Shown in pieces: positions 55,808 to 64,000 of a stretch of DNA of 64,000 nt. Position 1 is the stretch's first letter. Every line of letters starts with the position of its first letter. A model generated the notes under the pieces. It saw nothing but the letters and a program-made list of their open reading frames with translations. It did not search any database and had not been told where the DNA came from. The translations under genes and the position numbers were made by a program. This DNA comes from Polyangia bacterium. GTDB taxonomy: Bacteria > Myxococcota_A > Polyangia > Palsa-1104 > JAEUJZ01. Location: positions 904,255 through 968,254 of the forward strand of contig JAXLYE010000004.1 in the NCBI GenBank assembly GCA_046351595.1, read 5' to 3'.

Positions 55808-56422
55808 CCTCCCCTGCGGGCGCGCCCGATCCCGCCCGCGCGGTTTCGCCCGCGCCCGCGGCGCCCGATCGCACGATCGCCTCCCCGGCTCGCAGCACCG
55901 ACCGCTGCCGCGCAACGCCACGCGCAGTCCACCAAGCCACCGCAGCTCGAGCGCTGCCGAGCGCCCTGCGAACAGCGCATCCCCGTCGCTGGTGATCGCT
56001 CGCCGCGCCACAACCGCCGAGCGATCCGGAGCGATCGCACCCCAGCCGCTGAAGCGATCAGGCCGCGCTCGCAGGTCCGCGCGCGCGCCCTTCGGCCCGA
56101 TCCGACCGCCCTTCACCTGAGCTTCCACCTGCGCTGCACGAGCTCTGGCGCGCTGCGTTGCGAACCGCGCACGTGCAGCGCGCAGCGGCCCGCGCGCTGC
56201 GTGATCCGGGCGCGCCGCGCGCACGCACGAGCGACCGCGAATCGCCGCATTCTCCGACGACAAAACGCGCATCGATGCGGTGCGCGCGGGCGCCTCGTGT
56301 TGCACGCGCGACTGCTCAATCTCGGGCCTTTTGCAGCGCGCGCGCAGGTCAGCGCGCGGCGCTTCCAGTTCATCCGCGCGCGCAAATTCGTACGAAAGAT
56401 CTGCGCGCGTTCACTTTTCGCT

Positions 56423-56451
56423 TGGTACTTCGCGCGCGTCTGTTTTTAGAT
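56423..56451 (+). promoter_or_regulatory. promoter candidate TTGGTA-N17-TTAGAT for the histone-like gene
   Basis: The hexamers are read directly, in an unusually AT-rich 80-bp stretch. ATG lies 27 nt downstream. Confidence 0.4.
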
Positions 56452-56478
56452 TTCGAGAAAGGGAAACGGAACAACACC

Positions 56479-57078
56479 ATGACGAAGACAACTGCCCCAT
56501 CCAAGAAGTCCGCCAGCTCCACCTCGACCCCCAAGAAGGCCGCTGCCAAGAAGGGCGCGACCAAGAAGAAGGCCGCTGCCAAGAAGCCGGCCGCCAAGAA
56601 GACCGCGAAGGCCGGCGCCAAGAAGACCGCTGGCAAGAAGGCCGCGCCGAAGAAGACCGCGGCCAAGAAGGCCGCGCCGAAGAAGACCACGGCCAAGAAG
56701 GCCGCGCCGAAGAAGGCCGCTGGCAAGAAGGCCGCGCCGAAGAAGGCCGCTGGCAAGAAGGCCGCGCCGAAGAAGGCCGCTGGCAAGAAGGCCGCGCCGA
56801 AGAAGGCCGCTGGCAAGAAGGCCGCCGCGCCCAAGAAGGCCGCTGGCAAGAAGACCGCCGCGCCCAAGAAGGCCGCCGGCCGCAAGGCGCCCAGCACCAA
56901 GTCGGCTCCGAAGGCCGCTCCCGCGACCGAGAAGACCGGGACCGAGACCACCGCGACCGCGCCGGCCGCGACCAAGGCCCCCTCGCGCAAGTCGTCGGCC
57001 AGCAAGGCCAGCAAGAGCAGCAACGGCTCGACGAACGGCGGCGCCGGCGACTCGACGCCCCCGACCAGCGCTTCGTAG
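56479..57078 (+). CDS. histone-H1-like Lys/Ala-rich nucleoid-associated protein (AKKAAPKK repeats)
   Basis: ATG 56479 is preceded by GAAAGGGA. 199 aa, about 30% Lys and 35% Ala. Repeated KKAAGKKAAP units. Confidence 0.8.
   Translation: MTKTTAPSKKSASSTSTPKKAAAKKGATKKKAAAKKPAAKKTAKAGAKKTAGKKAAPKKTAAKKAAPKKTTAKKAAPKKAAGKKAAPKKAAGKKAAPKKAAGKKAAPKKAAGKKAAAPKKAAGKKTAAPKKAAGRKAPSTKSAPKAAPATEKTGTETTATAPAATKAPSRKSSASKASKSSNGSTNGGAGDSTPPTSAS
56641..56853. repeat. 30-bp tandem repeat (gccgcgccgaagaaggccgctggcaagaag): 4 identical copies (56701-56820) flanked by variant copies
   Basis: Read directly. Lies within the histone-like CDS. Confidence 0.9.
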
Positions 57079-57095
57079 CCTGACCCTCCGCTAAG

Positions 57096-57142
57096 CCCCA
57101 CGTGGTGGTCCGCTCCGCGGGCCGCGCGTGGGGTTTTGTTTT
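57096..57142 (+). terminator. rho-independent terminator (CCCCACG...CGTGGGG followed by TTTTGTTTT) after the histone-like gene
   Basis: Read directly. Confidence 0.7.
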
Positions 57143-57330
57143 CTGCGCGCCGAACCTTCCTCGCGGTCGCGTCCTCGACTTCGCCTTGATCCTGGTCTTC
57201 GTCTTGGGTGTCTTCGGGGTCGCCCTGGCGGCGCGCCGCCCGACAAATTCTCGACCGTTTTCCTGGGGTTGCGCTGCTGCCTGAGGGCGCGACAGCGACC
57301 GCGATACGATCAGCTCCGCAAGGAGCCACT

Positions 57331-59460
57331 ATGAGCACGCGCCCTTCGGACCGCTCTTATCGTTCTTATCGTTCTTATCGTTCCTGTTCGCATCCGGCCT
57401 GTCTGGCCCGTGTGGGCCATCCGGCGGGTCCTTCTTGTCCCGCGCTGCCGAGTCATCCCCATACGCCGGGTGACCGGGCGGGCGACCCGGTGCGCGGCGC
57501 CGCGCAGCGGTCCCGCACGAGCTCGGGGATTGCCGGTGTCGTGTCGCTGCTGCTGGGCACGAGCGCCGGCGCCGCGCCGCTCAACCCGGCGGACTTCCAG
57601 TCGCTCGGGACCCTCAGCGTCCCGAACAGCGGCACGCTGACCATCGACACGGATCAGCTCACGCTCAGCACGCCCGGCGTCAGCGTCACCGGCGTGGCCC
57701 GCCCGCAGAGCAGCGGCCAGGCCGCCACGCCCGAGATCGCGGTGTTCACGTTCGACACCATCAGCATCGGCAAGCCGGTCGCGCTCACGGTGCGCGGCGC
57801 GCGCGCGCTGGCGCTGTTGTCCAAGGACAACCTCACGGTCGCCGGCGCGCTCACGTTCACCGGCACCAGCGCGGTCGGCAACAGCCCCGGCGCGGGTCGG
57901 CTGAGCGGCGGGGACGGCGGCCGCGGCGGCGCGGTGAAGGGCGCCGCTGGCATGCCTGGCACCGGCTTCGGCGGCAGCGGCGGCGGCGGCGGCCAGCCCG
58001 GGACCAATACGGTCGGCGGCAGCGGCGGCGGCGGCGGCAGCGCGGTCGCGGGCGGCGCCAACTCGCCGCGCCCGCCGCACGGGACACCGGGCGCCGCGCT
58101 GCCTCCGCTCACCCAGGTCCTGCAGGGCGGCGGCGGCGGCGGCGGCGCCGGTCACCGCTCGGACGCGACCCTGGGCGAGCTCCCCGGCGGCGGCGGCGGC
58201 GCGGGCGGCGGCGCGGTGGAGCTCGGCGCGCTCGGCGACCTCACCGTCACCGATCCGATCGTCGTGGACGGCAGCAGCGGCGCCGGCACCAGCGGCGGCG
58301 AAGGCGGCGGCGGCGGCGGCGGCGCGCTGTACCTGCACGCGGCCAAGACCGTATCGATCATCGGCACCGGCGCGCTGTACGCGCGAGCGGGCAACGGCCC
58401 CACCACGATCAACGGCGGCGGCGGCGGCCGCATCGTCATCACCGGCCTCAGCGAGTACCGCGCCGGCAGCGCGCCGCCCACGGTCGACGCCAACGGCACC
58501 GCGCTCATGCTGCGTCCCGGCACCGTGACCTTCGGCGTCTACACCTTCACCGTGCCCGCGGCGCAGAGCGTGTCGCTGACCGTGCCCTACGCGCCGCCCG
58601 GCTTCACCGGCGGTCGCGCCGAGGTGCAGATCCTGCGCGACGTCAACGTGCAGGGCGGCGGCACCCTGACGCTCGCCGCCTCACACGCCATCCCCGGGAC
58701 CGTCAACGTGCGCGTCGAGCGCGACGGCAGCCTGAAGCTCGGCGAGTTCGTGGACGGCGTCGCCGGCCTGTCCGGTGAGGGCAACCTCGACCTGGGCACC
58801 GGCGCGCTGATCGTCCAGGGCGCAAGCGCCAGCACCTTCGCCGGCACCACCTCGGGCGCCGGCCAGCTCATGAAGAGCGGAGACGGCGCGCTGACCCTGA
58901 GCGGCAACCTCGGGCACACCGGCGCGACCACGCTGACCAGCGGCACCCTGGAGATCAGCGGCCGCGTCAGCGCCAGCCCGATCCTGGTGCGCGGCGGCAC
59001 CCTGCAGGGCAGCGGCACAGCGGGCAAGGTCACGCTCAGCGGCGGTCAGCTCACCGCCACCGCGAGCGGCCCGCTCACCACCACGGATCTCACGGTGAAC
59101 GGCGGCGGCAGCCTGCTCGTCGCGAGCGGCAGCGGACCGGTCGTGCGCGCGAGCGGCACCGTCACGCTGGCCGGCACCCTGGTGCTCGCCGACTCGATCA
59201 CCGGCACGGTCACCGTGATCGAGAACAGCGGCGCCAGCCCCGTGAGCGGCCAGTTCGGCAGCGTCCGCGTCGCCGGCGGCGGCACCGCCCTGATCAATTA
59301 TGCCGGCGGCGACGGCAACGACGTCACCGTCGAGGTCCAGCCCGGCGCCGCCGCCACCGGCTGCACCAGCACCCGCAGCGCCCCGCTCTCGCCGCTGGTC
59401 CTTCTGCTGCTGGGCCTCCCCGCGCTGGTCTTCTCCCGGCGCCGCCGCCGCCTCTTCTAA
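57331..59460 (+). CDS. MYXO-CTERM-anchored surface protein with a Gly-rich region and autotransporter-associated beta-strand (PATR-like) repeats; alternative GTG start at 57490
   Basis: AAGGAG RBS before ATG 57331. The C-terminus GCTSTRSAPLSPLVLLLLGLPALVFSRRRRRLF is MYXO-CTERM-like (Cys, hydrophobic helix, poly-Arg). Poly-Gly segments are present. Repeats of the form GTLTLSGNLGHTGATTLTSGTLEISG occur. A signal-like segment SSGIAGVVSLLLGTSAGAAP follows the GTG at 57490. Confidence 0.75.
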   Translation: MSTRPSDRSYRSYRSYRSCSHPACLARVGHPAGPSCPALPSHPHTPGDRAGDPVRGAAQRSRTSSGIAGVVSLLLGTSAGAAPLNPADFQSLGTLSVPNSGTLTIDTDQLTLSTPGVSVTGVARPQSSGQAATPEIAVFTFDTISIGKPVALTVRGARALALLSKDNLTVAGALTFTGTSAVGNSPGAGRLSGGDGGRGGAVKGAAGMPGTGFGGSGGGGGQPGTNTVGGSGGGGGSAVAGGANSPRPPHGTPGAALPPLTQVLQGGGGGGGAGHRSDATLGELPGGGGGAGGGAVELGALGDLTVTDPIVVDGSSGAGTSGGEGGGGGGGALYLHAAKTVSIIGTGALYARAGNGPTTINGGGGGRIVITGLSEYRAGSAPPTVDANGTALMLRPGTVTFGVYTFTVPAAQSVSLTVPYAPPGFTGGRAEVQILRDVNVQGGGTLTLAASHAIPGTVNVRVERDGSLKLGEFVDGVAGLSGEGNLDLGTGALIVQGASASTFAGTTSGAGQLMKSGDGALTLSGNLGHTGATTLTSGTLEISGRVSASPILVRGGTLQGSGTAGKVTLSGGQLTATASGPLTTTDLTVNGGGSLLVASGSGPVVRASGTVTLAGTLVLADSITGTVTVIENSGASPVSGQFGSVRVAGGGTALINYAGGDGNDVTVEVQPGAAATGCTSTRSAPLSPLVLLLLGLPALVFSRRRRRLF
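57355..57381. repeat. 9-bp tandem repeat x3 (tcttatcgt) encoding SYRSYRSYR
   Basis: Read directly. Lies in the N-terminal leader of the MYXO-CTERM gene. Confidence 0.85.
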
Positions 59461-59531
59461 TCAGCTCTGCAGCGGGCGCGCTGCCGCGAGCAGGCAAGCC
59501 CGCCGCCTCCGCGCGTCCGTCGCGAAAGCTG

Positions 59532-61685
59532 CTAAGGCAGCGAGTGCAGCAGCGAGCCCGCCGAGCCCGCGACCCAGGCGTCGCTGTCGCTGAGGCCGTG
59601 CACGGCGCGCAGGTTGTTGCGCGTCCCGCTCTCGGGCATCGTCCACTTCGTACCGTCGTAGCGCAGCACCGCGCCCAGGTCGCCGACCACCCACGCCGTG
59701 TCCCGCGTCGGTGCGTAGACGCCGTACAGCGAGCTCGCCGTCATCAGCATCGCGTGCTGCGTCCACGGCGCCGTGCCCTCCCAGCGGAAGACGATGCCGC
59801 CGGCGCCCACCGCCCACACGTTGGACGCCGTGACCCCGTAGACCCCGAGCATCTCGGTCGACGTGGTGTACACGGTGCCGCTCTTGCTGCTGGTGTTGAC
59901 GATGGCCATGTAGTTGCCGCCGACCATATACAGCAGCGTATTGCCAGCGGTGATCCCCCAGACGCCGTTGACGCTGTTGGGCGCGTTGGACAGCGCCACC
60001 GTCTCGTTCCAGAAGCTGCCGTCGTAGTGGCTGAACAGCGGCAGCTGCTGCGTCGCGCTCGCCGAGGTCGCGACCACCCAGATGTTGCCCGGCCCATCGG
60101 CCCACACGCCCTTGGCGTCCTTCCACTGGCCCGGCGTCGAGGTGTCCTGCGTCCAGCGGTTGCCGTTGTAGCGGAACACCACGCCGCCATCGCCGACCGC
60201 GGTGACCTCGGTGGGGGACAGCGCCCACACCGCGTTCAGGTGGTTGGTGGTGCTGACGGTGTTCGAGGTCCAGCTGGTGCCGTCGTAGTGCAGCACGGTG
60301 CCGGCCTCGCCGACCGCCCAGATGTCCTTGGCGCTGATTGCGTGCACGCCGCGCAGCGGCCGCTCGGCGCCCATCGTCGTCGAGGTCCAGCTCGCGCCGT
60401 CGTAGCGGAGCAGCTTGCCGCCCGAGCCGCCGGCCCACAGGTCGCTGTCCGAGGTGCCGCGCACCGCGAACAGGTTCGCGACCGAGCCGACACTGTTGTC
60501 CTTCACGAAGGCCGCGCCCGAGCTGCGCAGCACGGTGCCGCCTTCGCCCGCCGCCACGAACTTGCCCGCCGACGGGCTGAAGATGCTGAGCAGGGTATTG
60601 GTGGTGCCGGTGGTCACCTGCGACCAGGTCGTGCCGTTCAGATCGAGCAGCGTGCCCGCGAAGCCGACCGCGTAGGTCTTGGTGCCCGAGCCCCAGATCC
60701 CGAGCAGGTGCTGGGTGCTGGGGCTGGTCATCTTGGTCCACGCCGAGCCGTCGAACTTAAGGATGGTGCCGCTGTCGCCGACGGCGTAGACCTCGTTCGC
60801 GGCGCGCCCCCACACGCCGTACAGCCAGTTGGTCACGCCGGTGAGGTTGGGCACCCAGCCGACCGAGCCCTTCAAGCGCCGCACCGCCGTGCCGCTCTGG
60901 CCGACCGCCCAGACGTCGTCGCCGCTCGTGCCGAACACCGCGGACAGCTCGCGCGTGGTGCCGCTCACGTCGGGCGTCCAGGCCTTGCCGTCGTAGTGAA
61001 GGATGCGGCCCTTCTCGCCGACCGCCCACACGTCCGTCGCCGAGCTGCCCCAGACGCTGTCCAGGCTGTCGGTAATCCCGAGTTCGACCTTTTTCCACTG
61101 GCTGCCGTCGTAGTGCATCACCAGACCGACGTCGCCGACCGCCCAGACGTCGCTCGGCGCGACCGCCCACAGCGACTTGATCGGGTTGCCCTGCGGCCTG
61201 GGGCTCGACCAGCACAGGATGCCCGGCGCGCAGCTCGGCGGCGGCGGCGGCGTGTCGCACTGCTTCGTCGCGAGCAGGCTGACCGTCGCGCGCAGCTCGT
61301 CGCGGTAGTTGCCGGCCAGCGTCGTCGTTGCCGTCGCCGTGCCGAGCTTGCAGGCATTCGCGTCCAGCACGCTGATCGACAGCGTCAGCGTGCCCTGCGT
61401 CGCCCGCGGCAGGCGCACGCCGAAGCGCGAGAGCTTGCTCGTCACCGTCAGCGGCTCCGACGTCGCGGGGCGCGCGTCGAGCTGCGAGGTGACGATCAGC
61501 TTGGCCGCGTCCTGCGGCACGTTGTCGACGCTGACCACGAGCGCGTAGGTGTCCGGGTCGCCGCCGCAGCCCGCGAGCGTCGCGGCCCCGAGCCCGAGCC
61601 CAATCCCGAGGCCGATCCCGAGCAGCCGCCCCAGGACCTTTTCCGACAGCAACCTCAACCCGGCAGAGCGGACGGCGGTGCGCAT
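59532..61685 (-). CDS. lipoprotein composed of at least 14 tandem ~40-aa beta-propeller blades (DVWAVG...ILHYDG..W, Ycf48/BNR-like)
   Basis: Lipobox LAGC. The pattern D(V/I)WAVG-x7-10-YDG-x-W recurs at least 14 times. Confidence 0.7.
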   Translation of the reverse strand: MRTAVRSAGLRLLSEKVLGRLLGIGLGIGLGLGAATLAGCGGDPDTYALVVSVDNVPQDAAKLIVTSQLDARPATSEPLTVTSKLSRFGVRLPRATQGTLTLSISVLDANACKLGTATATTTLAGNYRDELRATVSLLATKQCDTPPPPPSCAPGILCWSSPRPQGNPIKSLWAVAPSDVWAVGDVGLVMHYDGSQWKKVELGITDSLDSVWGSSATDVWAVGEKGRILHYDGKAWTPDVSGTTRELSAVFGTSGDDVWAVGQSGTAVRRLKGSVGWVPNLTGVTNWLYGVWGRAANEVYAVGDSGTILKFDGSAWTKMTSPSTQHLLGIWGSGTKTYAVGFAGTLLDLNGTTWSQVTTGTTNTLLSIFSPSAGKFVAAGEGGTVLRSSGAAFVKDNSVGSVANLFAVRGTSDSDLWAGGSGGKLLRYDGASWTSTTMGAERPLRGVHAISAKDIWAVGEAGTVLHYDGTSWTSNTVSTTNHLNAVWALSPTEVTAVGDGGVVFRYNGNRWTQDTSTPGQWKDAKGVWADGPGNIWVVATSASATQQLPLFSHYDGSFWNETVALSNAPNSVNGVWGITAGNTLLYMVGGNYMAIVNTSSKSGTVYTTSTEMLGVYGVTASNVWAVGAGGIVFRWEGTAPWTQHAMLMTASSLYGVYAPTRDTAWVVGDLGAVLRYDGTKWTMPESGTRNNLRAVHGLSDSDAWVAGSAGSLLHSLP

Positions 61686-61723
61686 TGGTAGAGCTCCTAA
61701 GCGGCCAGGCGCCTACGCGGTAT

Positions 61724-62416
61724 CTAGAACGTAGGCATGTAGATGGGATCGTCGGGCTGGAACGGCTCCGGCGGCGGTGACTTGCTGAGCGTGGCCCCGG
61801 CCACCGCCCCGGCCACGCCGCCCGCGACCGCGACGCCGATGATCGTCCAGAACCACCACTTCTTGTAGACCGGCTGGCTCGCCGGCTTGTCGACCGGCTG
61901 CGCGACGAGGCTCGTCTGCAGCGCCGGCTTGGGCGGCTCCGCCGGCTTGACCTCGGTGGGCGGCTCGCTCGGCTTGCCCGAGAGCGGCTGCTGCTCCGGG
62001 GTCTGCTCGAGCAGCGCGCGCGCCTGCTCGATGTAGCGGTTGATGCGCTTCTCGGTTTCGGCGTCGATGTTCGGCTCGGCCTTCTTGTAGCGCTCGTAGT
62101 ACTGGATCGCCTCGGCGGGGCGGCCCAGGCGCTGCGCGGTGCGGCCGATGTTCACCAGCAGCCACGGCATCTGCCGGCGCTGGTACGCGGACTGGAAGTT
62201 GGCGAACGCCTCGTCGTACTTGCCGGCGTCGAACTGATCGATCGCCTTCTGGTACGAGGCGCGGCACGTCGCATCGGTCAGGCAGCCGTCGGTCTTGGAC
62301 TTCTGCGCGAGCGCCGGTCGCGCCAGCGCCAGCCCGGCGACCACGAGGCAAGGGGCCAGCCCGATCCGCGCGAGCAGCGATGGCCCGCGGTCAGTCGACA
62401 ATGCGCGGTTCGGCAT
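61724..62416 (-). CDS. TPR-containing membrane-anchored protein co-transcribed with the upstream Ser/Thr kinase
   Basis: ORF 61724..62518 trimmed to ATG 62416 (MPNRALSTDRGPSLLARIGLAPCLVVAGLALARPALAQ). TPR-like region YDEAFANFQSAYQRRQMPWLLVNIGRTAQRLGRPAEAIQYYERY. C-terminal TM segment WWFWTIIGVAVAGGVAGAVAGA. It overlaps the kinase stop by 26 bp. Confidence 0.6.
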   Translation of the reverse strand: MPNRALSTDRGPSLLARIGLAPCLVVAGLALARPALAQKSKTDGCLTDATCRASYQKAIDQFDAGKYDEAFANFQSAYQRRQMPWLLVNIGRTAQRLGRPAEAIQYYERYKKAEPNIDAETEKRINRYIEQARALLEQTPEQQPLSGKPSEPPTEVKPAEPPKPALQTSLVAQPVDKPASQPVYKKWWFWTIIGVAVAGGVAGAVAGATLSKSPPPEPFQPDDPIYMPTF

Positions 62417-63959
62417 GGGTGTTGGTGGGCTTGGTCTGCGGGTTCTTCGTGGGCTGGCTGCCGGGTCCACGCGGCCAGCGCGGGCCGACCGGCGGCCGCG
62501 GCTTCTGCGGCAGCGCATCGAGCTTCTCTTCGCGGCGCTCGTCGGCGCTGCGGCTAAGCTTCAGCACGCGCTCCGAGAAGCCGGGCGCGCTCAGCTTGAC
62601 CTCGACCTCGCCCTCGCCGATGGGCACCTCGGTCTCGAGCGGCGTCTTGCCGAGCAGCTGCTGATCCGAGACGCGCACGACGCTGGCGCCGGCCGGCTCG
62701 CTCTTGATCTTCCAGTGCACGCTCGTCGGCTTGAGCGGCGGCGGCGCCTCGGGCACGACCACCGGCTTCACCACGGGCGGCGGCGGCGGCGGCGGCGAGG
62801 TGCCGAGCGTGCGCAGCGCGATCACTCCGCCCGCGACCACGACCAGCGTCAGCGCGCCCAGCCCGACGAAGAGCCCGGTCTTCTTCTTGGGCGGGTGCAC
62901 GGCCGCGGCCTGGCCGGTCGCGTGCCCCAGCGTCCCGGGCTGCGAGCCCGCGGCCGGCGTCATGGCCGGGCTCGAGCCCGGCGGCGTCGCCCCGGCCGTC
63001 GGCAAAAGCCCCGGCGGCAGGTGGATCGCCTGCAGCACCGACGTCGGGTGCTTCAGCGACAGCTCGTCGAGCCCCTGCATCACCTGCTGCATGTTCGGGC
63101 GGTCGTCCTTCTTCTTCGCCATCAGGCGGTGGACGAGCTGCGCGAGATCCTCGGGCACGTGCGGCGCGACCTGGCGCAGCGGCGGCGGCTGCTCGTAGAT
63201 GTGCATCGCCAGCACCTCGCCCGAGCCGCCCATGAACGGCGGCCGCCCCGCCAGCATCTCGTAGAGCATCACGCCCATCGAGTAGACGTCGGCCTTGTCG
63301 TCGATCTGCACGCCGCCCTTGCACTGCTCGGGCGCCATGTAGCGCGGCGTTCCCATCACCACGTCCGTCGAGGTGCGCGGCGCGCGCGAGCCGCTGTGCC
63401 CGGCCTCGTTCGTGCCGGTGTCGCTCTCGATCGCCGGCTCCGCGACCTTGGCGATGCCGAAGTCGAGCAGCTTGGCGCGCTCGCGGCCCGGGATCTCGGA
63501 CTGCGGATCCGGCACCAGCATCACGTTGTCCGGCTTGAGGTCGCGGTGGTAGACGTTCTTCTGGTGTGCGGCGGCCAGCGCCGACGCGATCTGGCGCGCC
63601 AGGCGCACGACGTCGGCGAGCGGCAAGAGCCCCTTCTGCTTCTGCCGCTGGCTCAGCGTCTCGCCGCGCAGGTACTCCATCACCAGGTACGCGGTCCCGT
63701 CGGGCATCTGCCCGTAGTCCGAGACCTGCACGATGCCGGGATGGTCAATGAGGTTCACGGCGCGCGCCTCGTTGAAGAAGCGCGCCGTGATCGCCGGATC
63801 CTGCGCGTACTTCGAGTGCAGGATCTTCACCGCGACGCGGCGGCCGATAGGCTCCTGGATCGCCTCGTAGACGGCGCCCATGCCGCCGCGGCCCAGCTCG
63901 CGGACGACCTTATATGGTCCGATGCGCTCGAAGGTCACAGGGAGGCTCTTACCCGTCAC
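62391..63959 (-). CDS. Ser/Thr protein kinase with a C-terminal TM segment and PEGA-like domain
   Basis: GRGGMGAVYEA...VAVKIL, HRDLKPDNVML, DFG and GTPRYMAPEQ motifs are present. TM segment LFVGLGALTLVVVAGGVIAL. PEGA-like region VVRVSDQQLLGKTPLE..EVKLSAPGF. Confidence 0.9.
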   Translation of the reverse strand: MTGKSLPVTFERIGPYKVVRELGRGGMGAVYEAIQEPIGRRVAVKILHSKYAQDPAITARFFNEARAVNLIDHPGIVQVSDYGQMPDGTAYLVMEYLRGETLSQRQKQKGLLPLADVVRLARQIASALAAAHQKNVYHRDLKPDNVMLVPDPQSEIPGRERAKLLDFGIAKVAEPAIESDTGTNEAGHSGSRAPRTSTDVVMGTPRYMAPEQCKGGVQIDDKADVYSMGVMLYEMLAGRPPFMGGSGEVLAMHIYEQPPPLRQVAPHVPEDLAQLVHRLMAKKKDDRPNMQQVMQGLDELSLKHPTSVLQAIHLPPGLLPTAGATPPGSSPAMTPAAGSQPGTLGHATGQAAAVHPPKKKTGLFVGLGALTLVVVAGGVIALRTLGTSPPPPPPPVVKPVVVPEAPPPLKPTSVHWKIKSEPAGASVVRVSDQQLLGKTPLETEVPIGEGEVEVKLSAPGFSERVLKLSRSADERREEKLDALPQKPRPPVGPRWPRGPGSQPTKNPQTKPTNTHAEPRIVD

Positions 63960-64000
63960 TATATCACTTCGCCGCGGGCTCTGTCGCGAGGCGAATAGCG

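Overview
This 64-kb window is about 70% GC and codes on both strands. It almost certainly comes from a myxobacterial (Myxococcales-type deltaproteobacterial) chromosome. The evidence is a MYXO-CTERM-like C-terminal sorting signal, a mevalonate-pathway operon, OmpA proteins with thrombospondin-type-3 repeats, two eukaryotic-like Ser/Thr kinases, and many shadow ORFs caused by the GC bias.

I call about 47 protein genes, 3 tRNAs (Cys-GCA, Lys-CTT, Leu-TAG) and several tandem-repeat and hairpin elements. The recognisable blocks are:
- a tripartite envelope exporter (MMPL transporter, LolA-like protein, large outer-membrane beta-barrel);
- a polyprenyl diphosphate synthase;
- a Ser/Thr kinase followed by two secreted/membrane partner genes;
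- an Omp85/BamA-family protein;
- a seven-gene co-oriented cluster: DUF255 thioredoxin, hotdog thioesterase, MenA prenyltransferase, DAGK-like lipid kinase, acyl-CoA synthetase, FMN reductase, methyltransferase-TPR;
- the lower mevalonate operon fni-mvk-mvd-pmk-hmgR, with overlapped stop/start codons;
- a KshA/PAO-type Rieske oxygenase;
- a divergent pair of TSP3-repeat envelope proteins;
- the housekeeping block tilS-ftsH-folP-cdaA-cdaR;
- a histone-H1-like Lys/Ala-repeat protein;
- a MYXO-CTERM glycine-rich surface protein, a large beta-propeller lipoprotein, and a second Ser/Thr kinase (PEGA domain) with a TPR membrane partner.

I found no CRISPR array, integrase, transposase or phage genes. 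I cannot demonstrate any single proven-novel system from sequence alone. The best candidates for a second look are:
- the MenA-centred seven-gene cluster beside the tRNAs;
- the two long repeat-rich non-coding gaps that flank the mevalonate operon (28.6-29.7 kb and 35.4-36.0 kb);
- a pseudo-histidine-kinase (HAMP plus an H-box-like domain that lacks the His);
- the recurring short in-frame tandem repeats at the 5' ends of envelope genes.
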